A DNA stretch of 64,000 nucleotides from assembly GCA_944324185.1 (NCBI GenBank), contig CALUVI010000004.1, forward strand, positions 190-64,189, given 5' to 3'. A program made the position numbers and the translations under genes. The notes below the pieces were generated by a model that did not search any database, was not told the DNA's origin, and saw only the letters and a program-made list of their open reading frames with translations. The DNA is from Candidatus Gastranaerophilales bacterium. GTDB taxonomy: Bacteria; Cyanobacteriota; Vampirovibrionia; Gastranaerophilales; Gastranaerophilaceae. Positions within the stretch are counted from its first letter, which is position 1; each line of letters begins with the position of its first letter. Shown here one piece after another: positions 18,008-27,304 of the stretch.

Positions 18008-18613
18008 ATGAATTTTTCTCAAAAACTGGGTTTGTTTATACTAATTGTAATATCAGTTGCTTATGTATATTTTTCATTTTTCAGCAATGGTGATTTTCAT
18101 CTAAGCCTGCCCGGAAATGAAACAACACCGCCTGCAGAAGAATTAACTCCGATTGACGGCAATGAAACTCAGCAGGAAAAACCTGTTCAGAAACATGAGT
18201 ATAAAACAGTAAAAATTTTTGTGGTTGATTCAAGCGGAAATTTGCACTCTCTTAACCGTGAATGTGATGTTAATACGGAAAAATCCTGTTTTGCTTTTGC
18301 AATAAAAGAACTTATAAAAGCTCCGACCAACTGGGAAAAGTCCAAGGGCTTTATATCTGAAATTCCTGCGGGAACAAAAATTTTATCAGTAAGAGAAGGT
18401 GACGATAACATAATGATAGATCTCTCTTCCGCTTTTGAAGGCGGCGGCGGAACTGAGAGTACGTATACAAGAATCCGTCAGCTTATAAAAACCGCAAAAG
18501 CAAATACAAACCTGCCGGTGTACTTATATATAAACGGACATCAGGCAGATGTAATCGGCGGTGAAGGAATTATGATTAAGCAGCCTTTAACGGAGAGGTC
18601 GCTGGATGACTGA
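18008..18613 (+). CDS. GerMN domain protein
   Basis: N-terminal TM; AIKELIKAP...SEIPAGTKILSV...IDLSSAFEGGGGTES...IRQLIKTA. Confidence 0.85.
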   Translation: MNFSQKLGLFILIVISVAYVYFSFFSNGDFHLSLPGNETTPPAEELTPIDGNETQQEKPVQKHEYKTVKIFVVDSSGNLHSLNRECDVNTEKSCFAFAIKELIKAPTNWEKSKGFISEIPAGTKILSVREGDDNIMIDLSSAFEGGGGTESTYTRIRQLIKTAKANTNLPVYLYINGHQADVIGGEGIMIKQPLTERSLDD

Positions 18614-18887
18614 TGAAGTAAAAAAAGATTTGGATTATTATATGAACCTTCCATGGACGCTTATAGAAGGTACTGATTTGGATTTTAACGGCAATCCTTA
18701 TCACTATATTGAAATTAAAGAGATTCCGAGTTTTGCTTTTTGTGCAAAAACGCGTGAGAAAGCATTAGAAAACTATAAAAAACAGTTAAAACTCTCCTTA
18801 ATGCTCATGCTTGAGGATGGTGACAGAATTGTTGAGCCGGGTGAAGAAACCGAAGATGATATTGATTGGGAAAGTATATGTCCTTAA
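18606..18887 (+). CDS. HicB-like antitoxin-fold protein
   Basis: DYYMNLPW...IEIKEIPSFAFCAKTREKALEN...MLEDGDRIVEP matches the HicB partial RNase H-fold pattern. Confidence 0.6.
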   Translation: MTDEVKKDLDYYMNLPWTLIEGTDLDFNGNPYHYIEIKEIPSFAFCAKTREKALENYKKQLKLSLMLMLEDGDRIVEPGEETEDDIDWESICP

Positions 18888-19423
18888 TAGAATTATTTGA
18901 AATAAAAATTTCAAGAATGACAAAAGATGATGTGGAAGCTGTTGCTGCTATTGAAGCGGAAGCTTACGGCAAACACCACTGGGCAAAATCGTCTTTTTAT
19001 GACGAGATGTCAAATGCGCTTGCAAAATACTATACTGCAAAAACCTCATCCGGTGAACTTGTCGGATATGCAGGCACCTGGCATATTTTAGAAGAAGGGC
19101 ATATTACAACAATTGCAGTGAAAAAAGATTTCTTAAGACATCATATTGGCGAAGCTCTCATTCATCAAATCATAGAGGACTGCTATAAGGACGGAGTAAA
19201 ATACCTGACTCTTGAAGTCAGAGTCTCAAATATTCCGGCAATCAAGCTTTATGAAAAATACGGGTTTCAGTCTCTTGGTACAAGAAAAGGGTATTATCAG
19301 GACAACAATGAAGATGCGCTTATTATGTGGACTGAAAATATTTTTTATGACAAATTTAAAATGAAATATCAGGAAAATATAGAAAAGTTAAAAAATCTCG
19401 GGATGAATATTATTGCAGAGTAA
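18878..19423 (+). CDS. rimI: Ribosomal protein N-acetyltransferase RimI
   Basis: EGHITTIAV...HHIGEAL, TLEVRVSNIPAIKLYEKYGF...RKGYYQDNNEDALIMW. Confidence 0.9.
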   Translation: MSLIELFEIKISRMTKDDVEAVAAIEAEAYGKHHWAKSSFYDEMSNALAKYYTAKTSSGELVGYAGTWHILEEGHITTIAVKKDFLRHHIGEALIHQIIEDCYKDGVKYLTLEVRVSNIPAIKLYEKYGFQSLGTRKGYYQDNNEDALIMWTENIFYDKFKMKYQENIEKLKNLGMNIIAE

Positions 19424-19441
19424 GGGTCTGCAGGTTATATA

Positions 19442-20119
19442 ATGAGCAAAAGAATAGAAAAAGAAATAAACAGTTTTAAATATAAAGGCGAACCGATAAA
19501 AATAACGCTCGGGACGCTTATTTTGACCGGTCTTTGCGTATTGCTCATTATTGTTGCAACCTTTACGCAGGTTACAATAAAACATCCGTATTTTCCGCTG
19601 GATACTTTTACTTTTTTGTCCGGAGATGTCAATGATTATGAAATTTTGCATCATTTTATAAAGAGTTACAAATATATACCGCAAATTCCGGTTGTATTTT
19701 TTATCGTGGCGCTTCTGGGCAGAAAATTCGGGATTCTGTCTATAGTGATGTATATAATTCTCGGTCTGTTTTTCCCGATATTTGCGCTCGGAGGCGGCAT
19801 CAGTTATATGTTTGAATACGGCTTCGGCTACATTCTGGCATTTGTACCGGCAATATTTTTTGCGGGAACATTACTTAAAGGCAGGACAGATGTTTTGAGA
19901 GTATTTTTAATCTCTATTATCGGGGTTTTGACAATACATGTACTCGGAATTTTATATATGCTTTTTATTGCAACGCTGAGACACGCCCCGATGGATCTGG
20001 TAACAAGCTGGATAACTTCCCAGAGCGGAGTTCAGGTACTGTATGATATCTTTTTCTCAATGGTTGGAATATTCTTGGGACGTCAAACCAGAAAACTTTT
20101 GTGGATTGTTATGTGTTGA
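19442..20119 (+). CDS. bioY: Biotin transporter BioY
   Basis: Multi-TM; QIPVV..VALLG, YIILGLFFPIFALGGG, FGYILAFVPA. Confidence 0.8.
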   Translation: MSKRIEKEINSFKYKGEPIKITLGTLILTGLCVLLIIVATFTQVTIKHPYFPLDTFTFLSGDVNDYEILHHFIKSYKYIPQIPVVFFIVALLGRKFGILSIVMYIILGLFFPIFALGGGISYMFEYGFGYILAFVPAIFFAGTLLKGRTDVLRVFLISIIGVLTIHVLGILYMLFIATLRHAPMDLVTSWITSQSGVQVLYDIFFSMVGIFLGRQTRKLLWIVMC

Positions 20120-20123
20120 ATTT

Positions 20124-20729
20124 TTATCCGATTTTTTCAAAATCAGCGGCACTGTGTTTGCATATCGGACAAATAAAGTCCGGGGGTAAATACTCTCCTT
20201 CATAAATATATCCGCAAATTTTGCATCTCCAGCCTTTTTTTTCAGTTTTTTGCGGTTTCGGCTTAATGTTATTCTGGTAATATGTATAAGTTACAGTTGG
20301 TTCTTCTGATAGAATTTCAGCCGCAACAAGCCGGGCTATAAATAATGTATGTGTCCCTAAATCTATTACCTGCTTAACGTAAGCTGACATATAGGAGTTT
20401 GTGTTTTGAGTAATATATAAAACTCCGTTCGGGCTTCTTTTTGTGTCATAAAAAGAAGCAAACTTATCAACATCACGCCCTGATTGGAACCCAAAATGTT
20501 TAAAAATTTCAAATTTTGAACTTTCACTAAGGATAGAAACATTGAACTTTTTTGTTCTCTGTATCATCTCGTTTGTGTAATTCTTTTTATTGACTGCAAT
20601 AGCGATTTGCAGCGGGTCGGATGTTACCTGCATAACGGTATTTATAATACATCCGTTGTCTTTTTCTCCCTCGTTTGCAGTCAGAACATAAAGACCATAG
20701 CCGATATTAAACAAAACTTTGTTATCCAT
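20124..20729 (-). CDS. Flavin reductase-rubredoxin fusion (high-molecular-weight rubredoxin-like)
   Basis: GYGLYVLT, NGCIINTVMQVT, DLGTHTLFI; C-terminal WRCKICGYIY...CPICKH. Confidence 0.9.
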   Translation of the reverse strand: MDNKVLFNIGYGLYVLTANEGEKDNGCIINTVMQVTSDPLQIAIAVNKKNYTNEMIQRTKKFNVSILSESSKFEIFKHFGFQSGRDVDKFASFYDTKRSPNGVLYITQNTNSYMSAYVKQVIDLGTHTLFIARLVAAEILSEEPTVTYTYYQNNIKPKPQKTEKKGWRCKICGYIYEGEYLPPDFICPICKHSAADFEKIG

Positions 20730-20745
20730 AAATACAAGATTAACA

Positions 20746-21053
20746 TTAAAACCGGATTATGTAAACAAATATTTTAGCGAATATTGTTATAGTTCTAAAA
20801 GTTCTGTCATTCAGGATGTAAATGTATCGGGCTTGGCGTAAGAACTCTAGGCTTGCCGTCATTCAGAAGCCGACAGCAATTCAGGGCTGAAGAATTCCTA
20901 TAATATTTAATGTTTAAGAGATTCATCGGACTTACGTCCTCTGAAAGACGGCACTATGGAAGTAAACTTACAAGTTTAGCGTCATTGCGAGGGAACAGCC
21001 ATTCATCCCGAAGCAATCTATAATGTTTTTTAAAACCGGATTATGTAAACAAA
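20746..21053. repeat. 24-bp perfect direct repeat TTAAAACCGGATTATGTAAACAAA (20746-20769, 21030-21053) enclosing a REP cluster
   Basis: Exact match read from the sequence. Confidence 0.9.
20981..21018 (+). repeat. REP-like family B (GTCATTGCGAGG..CCCGAAGCAATC); other copies 27968-28005(+), 28065-28097(-), 40289-40327(+), and an IS-interrupted copy 52379-52386/53441-53471
   Basis: Conserved 5' GTCATTGCGAGG and 3' CCCGAAGCAATC ends with a variable centre. Confidence 0.85.
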
Positions 21054-21056
21054 ATT

Positions 21057-22334
21057 TTATTTAAACTGTTCGTACAGCCAGCCTTTTTCTTCCAGAAACC
21101 TCAAAAGCGCCTGTCTGTTTTCCGGAATATCAGCTCTTGTTTTACCATTGAGCCTTTCTTCATCTCCGTCAGTACCGTTAACTTTTTCGCAAATATTCAT
21201 CCATTCATCAATACCGATTTCCCAACCGTCACTGTCCCAGCTTTTACCGGTAACTTCTTCAACAATATCTATGTACCGTACAATTTGCGGCACACTCATA
21301 TATGAATGCGACTCGAATTCTTCTAGCTTTGCTTTGTTTTCCGGTTTTAAAAGCTCTCTAAAATCAAAAGCTTTCATGTTGCGCATTTTATTCCAATCTG
21401 CCTGATGGGAGGCGTACTCTTCCGGAGTCATATCAGCCTGCTCCTCCTGGGTTTTAGTCGGAAACATAGCCCAGCATAACCGATTTTTCATCTCATCAGA
21501 TGTATTTATATCTCCTTCTCTCGCTATTTCACTAAATAAAGAAGCACATCCGGTTACTTCAATTTCACCCTGTTCATTTCTTACAGGCTGGGTTGCAAGG
21601 GGCGGGCGGTCAATACTGCCGCCGCAGCAGGATATCTGCTCATTATCAGTTATAAGCCGTGTGTATGCAGTATTGTTGCACTGGTTGTACAGATTTGAAT
21701 CATCTTCGTCACCGGTTTTAAAGAGCCAGGTATTTAACTGTTGAATCATATATTTTTTGATTGTTATTATATCTTTTTGTGAAAGCTGAATACCATACCT
21801 GTCTTCAACTTCTTCTTTTATACTTTCTGTCCACCCCTCAATCCATCTATCCATAGTTACAAGATCACTTACTTTTTCATCAGTATTATATACTTTAGCT
21901 AATTCAGCGCTTGATAATCTGCCTTCAAGTCCAACATAACTGTTATCACACATTCTTAATTCATAAAAAGCAGCTTCCGCATTGTTTATTATGCCGTCTC
22001 TGTTTACATCATTTGTAAACCATTTATCTATGTTGCGCTTTGCCGAAAACTCCGCATCCCGCATTGCGGAGGAGTGTATTTCATCTTTTGTAACAATTCC
22101 ATTCCCGTCTTTATCAATGTTAATAAGTGTGTAAAACTCATTTTCACTAATATATCCGTCTTTATTAATATCAAGTTTTTGAAATACGCTTGTGTCTTTG
22201 CAGATTTCTTTTGCAAAAGTTTTTTGATCAATTCTTATTTCAGAAGTCTCATCAGAGGGTTGTGTATTTTTTGCGTTCTGAATATACGCATTAAATCTGT
22301 CTGCAAAGTCGTTGAAATTAATATTATCTGCCAT
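21057..22334 (-). CDS. Hypothetical protein with N-terminal EF-hand-like Ca-binding loops
   Basis: DINKDGYISENE, DKDGNGIVTKDE, DVNRDGIINNAE. Confidence 0.65.
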   Translation of the reverse strand: MADNINFNDFADRFNAYIQNAKNTQPSDETSEIRIDQKTFAKEICKDTSVFQKLDINKDGYISENEFYTLINIDKDGNGIVTKDEIHSSAMRDAEFSAKRNIDKWFTNDVNRDGIINNAEAAFYELRMCDNSYVGLEGRLSSAELAKVYNTDEKVSDLVTMDRWIEGWTESIKEEVEDRYGIQLSQKDIITIKKYMIQQLNTWLFKTGDEDDSNLYNQCNNTAYTRLITDNEQISCCGGSIDRPPLATQPVRNEQGEIEVTGCASLFSEIAREGDINTSDEMKNRLCWAMFPTKTQEEQADMTPEEYASHQADWNKMRNMKAFDFRELLKPENKAKLEEFESHSYMSVPQIVRYIDIVEEVTGKSWDSDGWEIGIDEWMNICEKVNGTDGDEERLNGKTRADIPENRQALLRFLEEKGWLYEQFK

Positions 22335-22387
22335 AAGTTGTATCCTTGAATGTTATTGTCGGGTCTCACCCGACTCTCTTTTAACTC

Positions 22388-22657
22388 TTAAAATATACTT
22401 GTATTTTTTCTAATATCAGCTTCTATTCTGGCAAGGTCAGCCTCTAAATTTCTGACCGTTTCAACAGCACCCTGACTTCTAGCAAGTGCAATCTGCTGCT
22501 TCTTAATATTTCTGGCATTTTTTAAGTCCTCAAGGTTTTCTGCCTGAGGTTTTATCTTGCCGGATAAATTTTCCATCCTTTTTTCGTATTCCACATCCGA
22601 AAGTTTGCCGGAATTTGAATTCTGCTTAGGTTCTTCATTTCCAGAAATTCTTGTCAT
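22388..22657 (-). CDS. Small coiled-coil hypothetical protein
   Basis: 89 aa helical ORF with AGGAG RBS. Confidence 0.55.
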   Translation of the reverse strand: MTRISGNEEPKQNSNSGKLSDVEYEKRMENLSGKIKPQAENLEDLKNARNIKKQQIALARSQGAVETVRNLEADLARIEADIRKNTSIF

Positions 22658-22830
22658 ATAATGCTCCTTTCTTTTAGGTAAATGTTATCTTGGGCATAAT
22701 TTTGGGGTGAAAAAGATTATAATAAGAATATTTATACTATATTATAGTCATATTAAGCTCTATTTGTCAAGACTAATAATCTTACTAAAATCTTTATATG
22801 CAATAGAAAAGATAGTATTCTGTTGTTGAG

Positions 22831-23145
22831 ATGGGTGAAATTTCTAAAAATTTAGGTCTTAGAATAAAAGAATTGCGGGAAAAAAGAGGGCTTACGCAAT
22901 TAAAGCTTGCTGAAATTTTAAATATGGAAGCTTCTAATCTCTCTAAAATTGAAAGAGGAGTGCAAATACCTAAAGAAGAAAGCCTTGAGAATATTTCAAG
23001 AGCTCTGGAGGTTGAAGTTAAAGAATTGTTTGATTATAGTCATTTTGCGGATAAGGATAGTTTAATAACAAAAATAAATAAAATTTTAGAATTATCTGAT
23101 GAAAAAACTGTCCAAAAGTATTACCGTATCTTAATAAATCTGTAA
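22831..23145 (+). CDS. XRE/Cro-C1 helix-turn-helix regulator
   Basis: RIKELREKRGLTQLKLAEILNMEASNLSKIERG. Confidence 0.9.
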   Translation: MGEISKNLGLRIKELREKRGLTQLKLAEILNMEASNLSKIERGVQIPKEESLENISRALEVEVKELFDYSHFADKDSLITKINKILELSDEKTVQKYYRILINL

Positions 23146-23152
23146 CTATAGC

Positions 23153-23181
23153 TTGACAGGGCAAAGTCTTTATACTAAACT
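23153..23181 (+). promoter_or_regulatory. Putative sigma70 promoter of rpmI-rplT
   Basis: TTGACA-N17-TAAACT. Confidence 0.55.
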
Positions 23182-23291
23182 TCAAATATGCCGGAGTATA
23201 GTGCTATGGTATGCCTTGCCCGGATTATACACAAAAGCCTTAATCAACCGGTCGCAAGATTAGTTGATTATTGTAAAAAAGGAGAAAAGAA

Positions 23292-23501
23292 ATGCCAAAA
23301 TTAAAAACACACCGTGCTGCAGCTAAGAGATACAAAGTTACAGGCACAGGTAAAATTACAAGAAGACATGCAGGTATCGGTCACTTGCTTCAACACAAGT
23401 CAGAATCCAGAAAACGTAAGATTTTCGGAGATGCCGTAATTTCTGAAACTCACGAAAAACTGGTTTCTAAAGAGTTACCTTACAAGAAGTATGCTAGATA
23501 G
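23292..23501 (+). CDS. rpmI: 50S ribosomal protein L35
   Basis: [21 protein letters not shown]. Confidence 0.97.
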   Translation: MPKLKTHRAAAKRYKVTGTGKITRRHAGIGHLLQHKSESRKRKIFGDAVISETHEKLVSKELPYKKYAR

Positions 23502-23513
23502 GAGTGTTGAACA

Positions 23514-23864
23514 ATGAGAATTAAACGTGGAAATGTATGTCGCAACAGACACAAAAAAATATTAAAGCTTGCTAAAGGTTTTAAAGGCGCAAGAAGCAGA
23601 ATCTTCAAAGTTGCAAATATTGCAGTAATGAAGGCTCTTAAATACGCTTACAGAGACAGACGCGCTACAAAACGCAATATGAGACGTCTTTGGATTGTAA
23701 GAATCAATGCCGCTGTTAGAGAACAGGGTATGAGCTATTCAAGATTCGTTAATGCCTGCAAAAAAGCAAACATTCAGGTTAACAGAAAAATGCTTGCTGA
23801 TCTTGCAGTAAACGACAAAGAAGCTTTCTCTGTTGTTGTAGAAGCAGCAAAAGCAGCTTTATAA
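23514..23864 (+). CDS. rplT: 50S ribosomal protein L20
   Basis: RIKRG...[40 protein letters not shown]. Confidence 0.97.
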   Translation: MRIKRGNVCRNRHKKILKLAKGFKGARSRIFKVANIAVMKALKYAYRDRRATKRNMRRLWIVRINAAVREQGMSYSRFVNACKKANIQVNRKMLADLAVNDKEAFSVVVEAAKAAL

Positions 23865-23881
23865 TTTAATAAATGTCTTTA

Positions 23882-23919
23882 AAAAAGCGCGGGTGACAAT
23901 TTTGTCACCCGCGCTTTTT
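23882..23919. terminator. Bidirectional intrinsic terminator after rplT
   Basis: AAAAAGCGCGGGTGACA-attt-TGTCACCCGCGCTTTTT. Confidence 0.9.
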
Positions 23920-23945
23920 AATATATTACATGGAAGAAAAGGAGG

Positions 23946-24359
23946 TTACATATCATATACAAAGTTTTGCCCTGTTGTATTTTCAGCAGCTTCCTGCCTC
24001 ATAGCTTGAGATGCGAAGAACATTTGCTTTGCATAACTTTGAATTTCAGTATTATAAACTCTCTGGTCAAAGATATTTTCGTATTTTTCCAGATAATCTC
24101 CGATAGGGTTAACAACATCTGTTAATAATCCCAGGGCAGTGTCGGCAAACTGCTTTAAAGCCCTTTCACCTATACCGAGTTCTGCCATCTTTTCAGAAAG
24201 AGTCAGGGTTAAAAATCCGCTTTGCTTAACAGCTTCTTCCGCCTGCTGCAGGAGCTTTTCTTCCATTTTCTCTTCAGCAGCCGCGTGTTGTTTAGTCGGA
24301 TCATACGTTTGGGTTTTGTATGTTTGTAAGAATGTATTCAGGTTAAATGTTTCTGCCAT
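23946..24359 (-). CDS. Hypothetical protein
   Basis: 137 aa helical ORF with AAAGG RBS; ends GQNFVYDM. Confidence 0.6.
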   Translation of the reverse strand: MAETFNLNTFLQTYKTQTYDPTKQHAAAEEKMEEKLLQQAEEAVKQSGFLTLTLSEKMAELGIGERALKQFADTALGLLTDVVNPIGDYLEKYENIFDQRVYNTEIQSYAKQMFFASQAMRQEAAENTTGQNFVYDM

Positions 24360-24753
24360 ATCCTTTGCCCTGTCCTTTGTATTAATGTTATCGGCATTTT
24401 TTTCTAAAACTTTAGGGTTTTTAGGAAAAATTTTACAATTTGTTACAAAGAATGGAAAACTCTTATTATAACCTGAGCTTATCAGGCTGTTGTTTTATAA
24501 AATTCGGGCAAATTTTTAGTTTATATGTCAGGTTTTTCCTGAGAAGAACTTTAATGGATTGCAACGAAAATCGGAGGTTTTCTTGCAATGACAACGAGCT
24601 CGTCGTACTGACTACCAACCCAAATACATTTACCCCCGCAATGGCAGAAGACTTATAGTCTCACTTACCAAAGTGCCGTCATTCAGAGGGCAAGCCCGAA
24701 GAATCTCTATAGCTAGTGACAGGCGTTAATGTTGGGTAAAACCCAACATTAAC

Positions 24754-25521
24754 TTAACTCTTTGCATAAAGTTCACTGCGGAAAGCTTTAATTTTTTCTG
24801 CTTCTTCCCTGTAATTACCGGCAAAAAGTTTATTTACGTTTTCATTAAGGAGCTTAATAACGTCTTTTATGTTTTCTCCGTTCATAACAACCATATCATT
24901 CGCCATTTCTGTATTTGAAAGAGCAAGCCTTGTTGTATCTCTAAAACCTGATGCGGCAAGTTTCTGAGCAAGCCCGTTATCTTCAATATTTTTACAAAGT
25001 GCCTGCGCTACAAGCATAGGAGCGTGAGAAATCAAAGCTACAGCTCTGTCGTGCTCAAGAGGAGTTGTCATTATAACATTTGCTCCCGTTGATTCAATTA
25101 CTGTTTTTAATACTCCAAAATCTTTTAAATCCGTATCTTCTTTTGGAGTAACCGCCCAGACTGCCCCATTAAAAAGTTCCGCAAAGGAGTGTTCCCAGCC
25201 GCTATGCTCCGTTCCTGCCATCGGATGAGACGGAATGAACTTGTATTTGTAAGATTTATGGGATACAAACTCTTTTAAACTGCAAACATCGGTAACTATA
25301 GTATTTTCATCCAGATAATTTTCCAATTTATCTAAAATATCCAGCGTTTTATTCATAGGAGTGCAGACAAAAACAACATCGCAGCCTTTGAGTGTCGAAT
25401 AATCACTGCTTACATTTTCTTCTTCTAAAGAGCGTGAAACACCAACCACGTCATATTTTTCACGGCACTTTTTAAATATAGAGCCGCCAATCAACCCCAG
25501 CCCGATAACTCCTATTTTCAT
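24754..25521 (-). CDS. tyrA: Prephenate/arogenate dehydrogenase
   Basis: KIGVIGLGLIGGS, TDVCSLK, SHPMAGTE, HDRAVALISH, SGFRDTTRLA. Confidence 0.9.
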   Translation of the reverse strand: MKIGVIGLGLIGGSIFKKCREKYDVVGVSRSLEEENVSSDYSTLKGCDVVFVCTPMNKTLDILDKLENYLDENTIVTDVCSLKEFVSHKSYKYKFIPSHPMAGTEHSGWEHSFAELFNGAVWAVTPKEDTDLKDFGVLKTVIESTGANVIMTTPLEHDRAVALISHAPMLVAQALCKNIEDNGLAQKLAASGFRDTTRLALSNTEMANDMVVMNGENIKDVIKLLNENVNKLFAGNYREEAEKIKAFRSELYAKS

Positions 25522-25549
25522 AAATCTCCCTTTTTTACCTATTTACCTC

Positions 25550-26809
25550 TTACCCTAAATCTTTATGGTGAAAGTGTTTTATGCCTTCTACATAATCTTT
25601 TACAATATCGCCGTTTCCTTCAAGATTGTATTTGTATATAGTAAGCCCTTCTAATCCAACAGGTCCCCTTGCGTGAGTCTTGTTGGTAGAAATTCCGACT
25701 TCTGCCCCAAAACCGTACCTGAATCCGTCAGCAAACCTTGTTGAAACATTATGGTAAACTCCTGCAGAATCAACCGCATTCATAAAAATTTTCGCATTCT
25801 TTTCATCCTCGGTAATAATAGATTCCGTATGACCGGAGGAGTATGTGTTTATATGCTCGATTGCTTCTTCAAGCGAAGCTGTGAATTTGTATGCAAGAAT
25901 CTTGTCAGAATACTCCTTATGCCAACTTTCAGGCTTATCTATAAGTTCTATTCCGGCATCTTCAAGAGCCTTTAATAATTCATTAGCATATTCAAATCCT
26001 TTATGTATTAAAAGCGTTTCTACAGAATTGCAGGCAGAAGGATACTGGGTTTTGGCATCAATAATAACTCTTTTTGCTTTTTCTAAATCCGCACTTTCAT
26101 CAACAAAGATATGGCAAATTCCGTCAGCGTGTCCGAGAACAGGAATTTTAGTATTTTCTTTAATGAATTTCACAAGGCTGTTGCCGCCTCTCGGGATAAT
26201 TAAATCAATATACTTGTCCTGAGAAAGCATATTAGCGACATCATCTCTTGTAAAAACCTGAGTCAAAACATTTTTCGGGAAATTATAAGTGTTATCAAGA
26301 GCTTCCTGAATAACCCGCATAATTTCTTTATTAGTGTTAATCGACTCTTTTCCGCCTTTCAGAACCACTACATTAGAAGATTTTATAGCAAGTGCTGAAA
26401 TTTGTGATATAACATCCGGTCTTGCTTCAAAAATTATCCCTAAAACTCCAATCGGACAGGAAACTTTAGTCAGAACCAGCCCTTCATCCAACTCTCTTTT
26501 TAAAAGAACTTTGCCTACCGGATCTTCAAGGTTGGAAATATCAATAATTCCCTGAACCATATCCCGCATTTTGTTTTCGTCCAATTTTAAACGGTTGTAT
26601 GTGGATTGGCTTAATTTTCCGGCTTCAACAAGAGGTTTTGCTTCATCTAAATCCCTTTGATTTGCTTCAAAAATCTTTTCTTTGTTGTCTTTCAGATTTT
26701 TAGCAATATTTAATAAAGCAGTGTTTTTGACTCCTACAGGAAGCACCGCAATTTTTTTTGAAGCTGTCTTTGCTTTTTTTGCAAGTTCTATAAATTTATC
26801 TTCTTCCAT
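25550..26809 (-). CDS. proA: Gamma-glutamyl phosphate reductase
   Basis: PIGVLGIIFEARP, LKGGKES, DLIIPRGG, PSACNSVETLL, RFADGFRYGFGAEVGIST, ARGPVGL. Confidence 0.95.
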   Translation of the reverse strand: MEEDKFIELAKKAKTASKKIAVLPVGVKNTALLNIAKNLKDNKEKIFEANQRDLDEAKPLVEAGKLSQSTYNRLKLDENKMRDMVQGIIDISNLEDPVGKVLLKRELDEGLVLTKVSCPIGVLGIIFEARPDVISQISALAIKSSNVVVLKGGKESINTNKEIMRVIQEALDNTYNFPKNVLTQVFTRDDVANMLSQDKYIDLIIPRGGNSLVKFIKENTKIPVLGHADGICHIFVDESADLEKAKRVIIDAKTQYPSACNSVETLLIHKGFEYANELLKALEDAGIELIDKPESWHKEYSDKILAYKFTASLEEAIEHINTYSSGHTESIITEDEKNAKIFMNAVDSAGVYHNVSTRFADGFRYGFGAEVGISTNKTHARGPVGLEGLTIYKYNLEGNGDIVKDYVEGIKHFHHKDLG

Positions 26810-27017
26810 TTCTGTAATCCTCGCATAGCTTGCAATACATCATTCTTCTAAGATTTACCATACGGGAGAATTTCTTTCTCATAAGGTGTTCCTGAAGAGA
26901 CATTGCCGGTTTTTCATCCAGAACCGTCGGACGCTTAACAATATATCCGGACAAATTCATAAAAGGGACAGCATCTCTGTAATCCATAAAAGGATTTCTT
27001 CTGTATTGCTCGCTCAT
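26796..27017 (-). CDS. Small hypothetical protein overlapping the proA start
   Basis: AAGGAGAAGG RBS; stop overlaps the proA 5' end. Confidence 0.5.
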   Translation of the reverse strand: MSEQYRRNPFMDYRDAVPFMNLSGYIVKRPTVLDEKPAMSLQEHLMRKKFSRMVNLRRMMYCKLCEDYRNGRR

Positions 27018-27190
27018 ACCTTCTCCTTATTTGTGATAGTCTTTGACTAAATCTTATTCAAAATATTTTGTTGTATCAAGGCTTTGTAAACGAAAATTTA
27101 CTAAATTTTAAACTTGAAAAATTTTTATCTTGTTGATATAGTAGACAGGTGGGGAAAGTAAAGTATTATATTTACCCCCAGAAAAAGTAA

Positions 27191-27264
<74 letters not shown>

Positions 27265-27270
27265 TTTTTA

Positions 27271-27296
27271 AAAAAGAGTCGAAAGACTCTTTTTTT
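27271..27296 (+). terminator. Intrinsic terminator after tRNA-Arg
   Basis: AAAAAGAGTC-gaaa-GACTCTTTTTTT. Confidence 0.85.
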
Positions 27297-27304
27297 ATTA
27301 AAGT

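Noticed and set aside
20746-20769. Calling this the chromosomal dif site
   Set aside because: Only the XerD-like arm matches, the XerC arm is poor, and replichore position cannot be judged here
24440-24658. 72-aa ORF and possible attenuator before the tyrA 3' end
   Set aside because: It lies downstream of tyrA between genes, has no Tyr/Phe-rich leader, and is adjacent to REP copies
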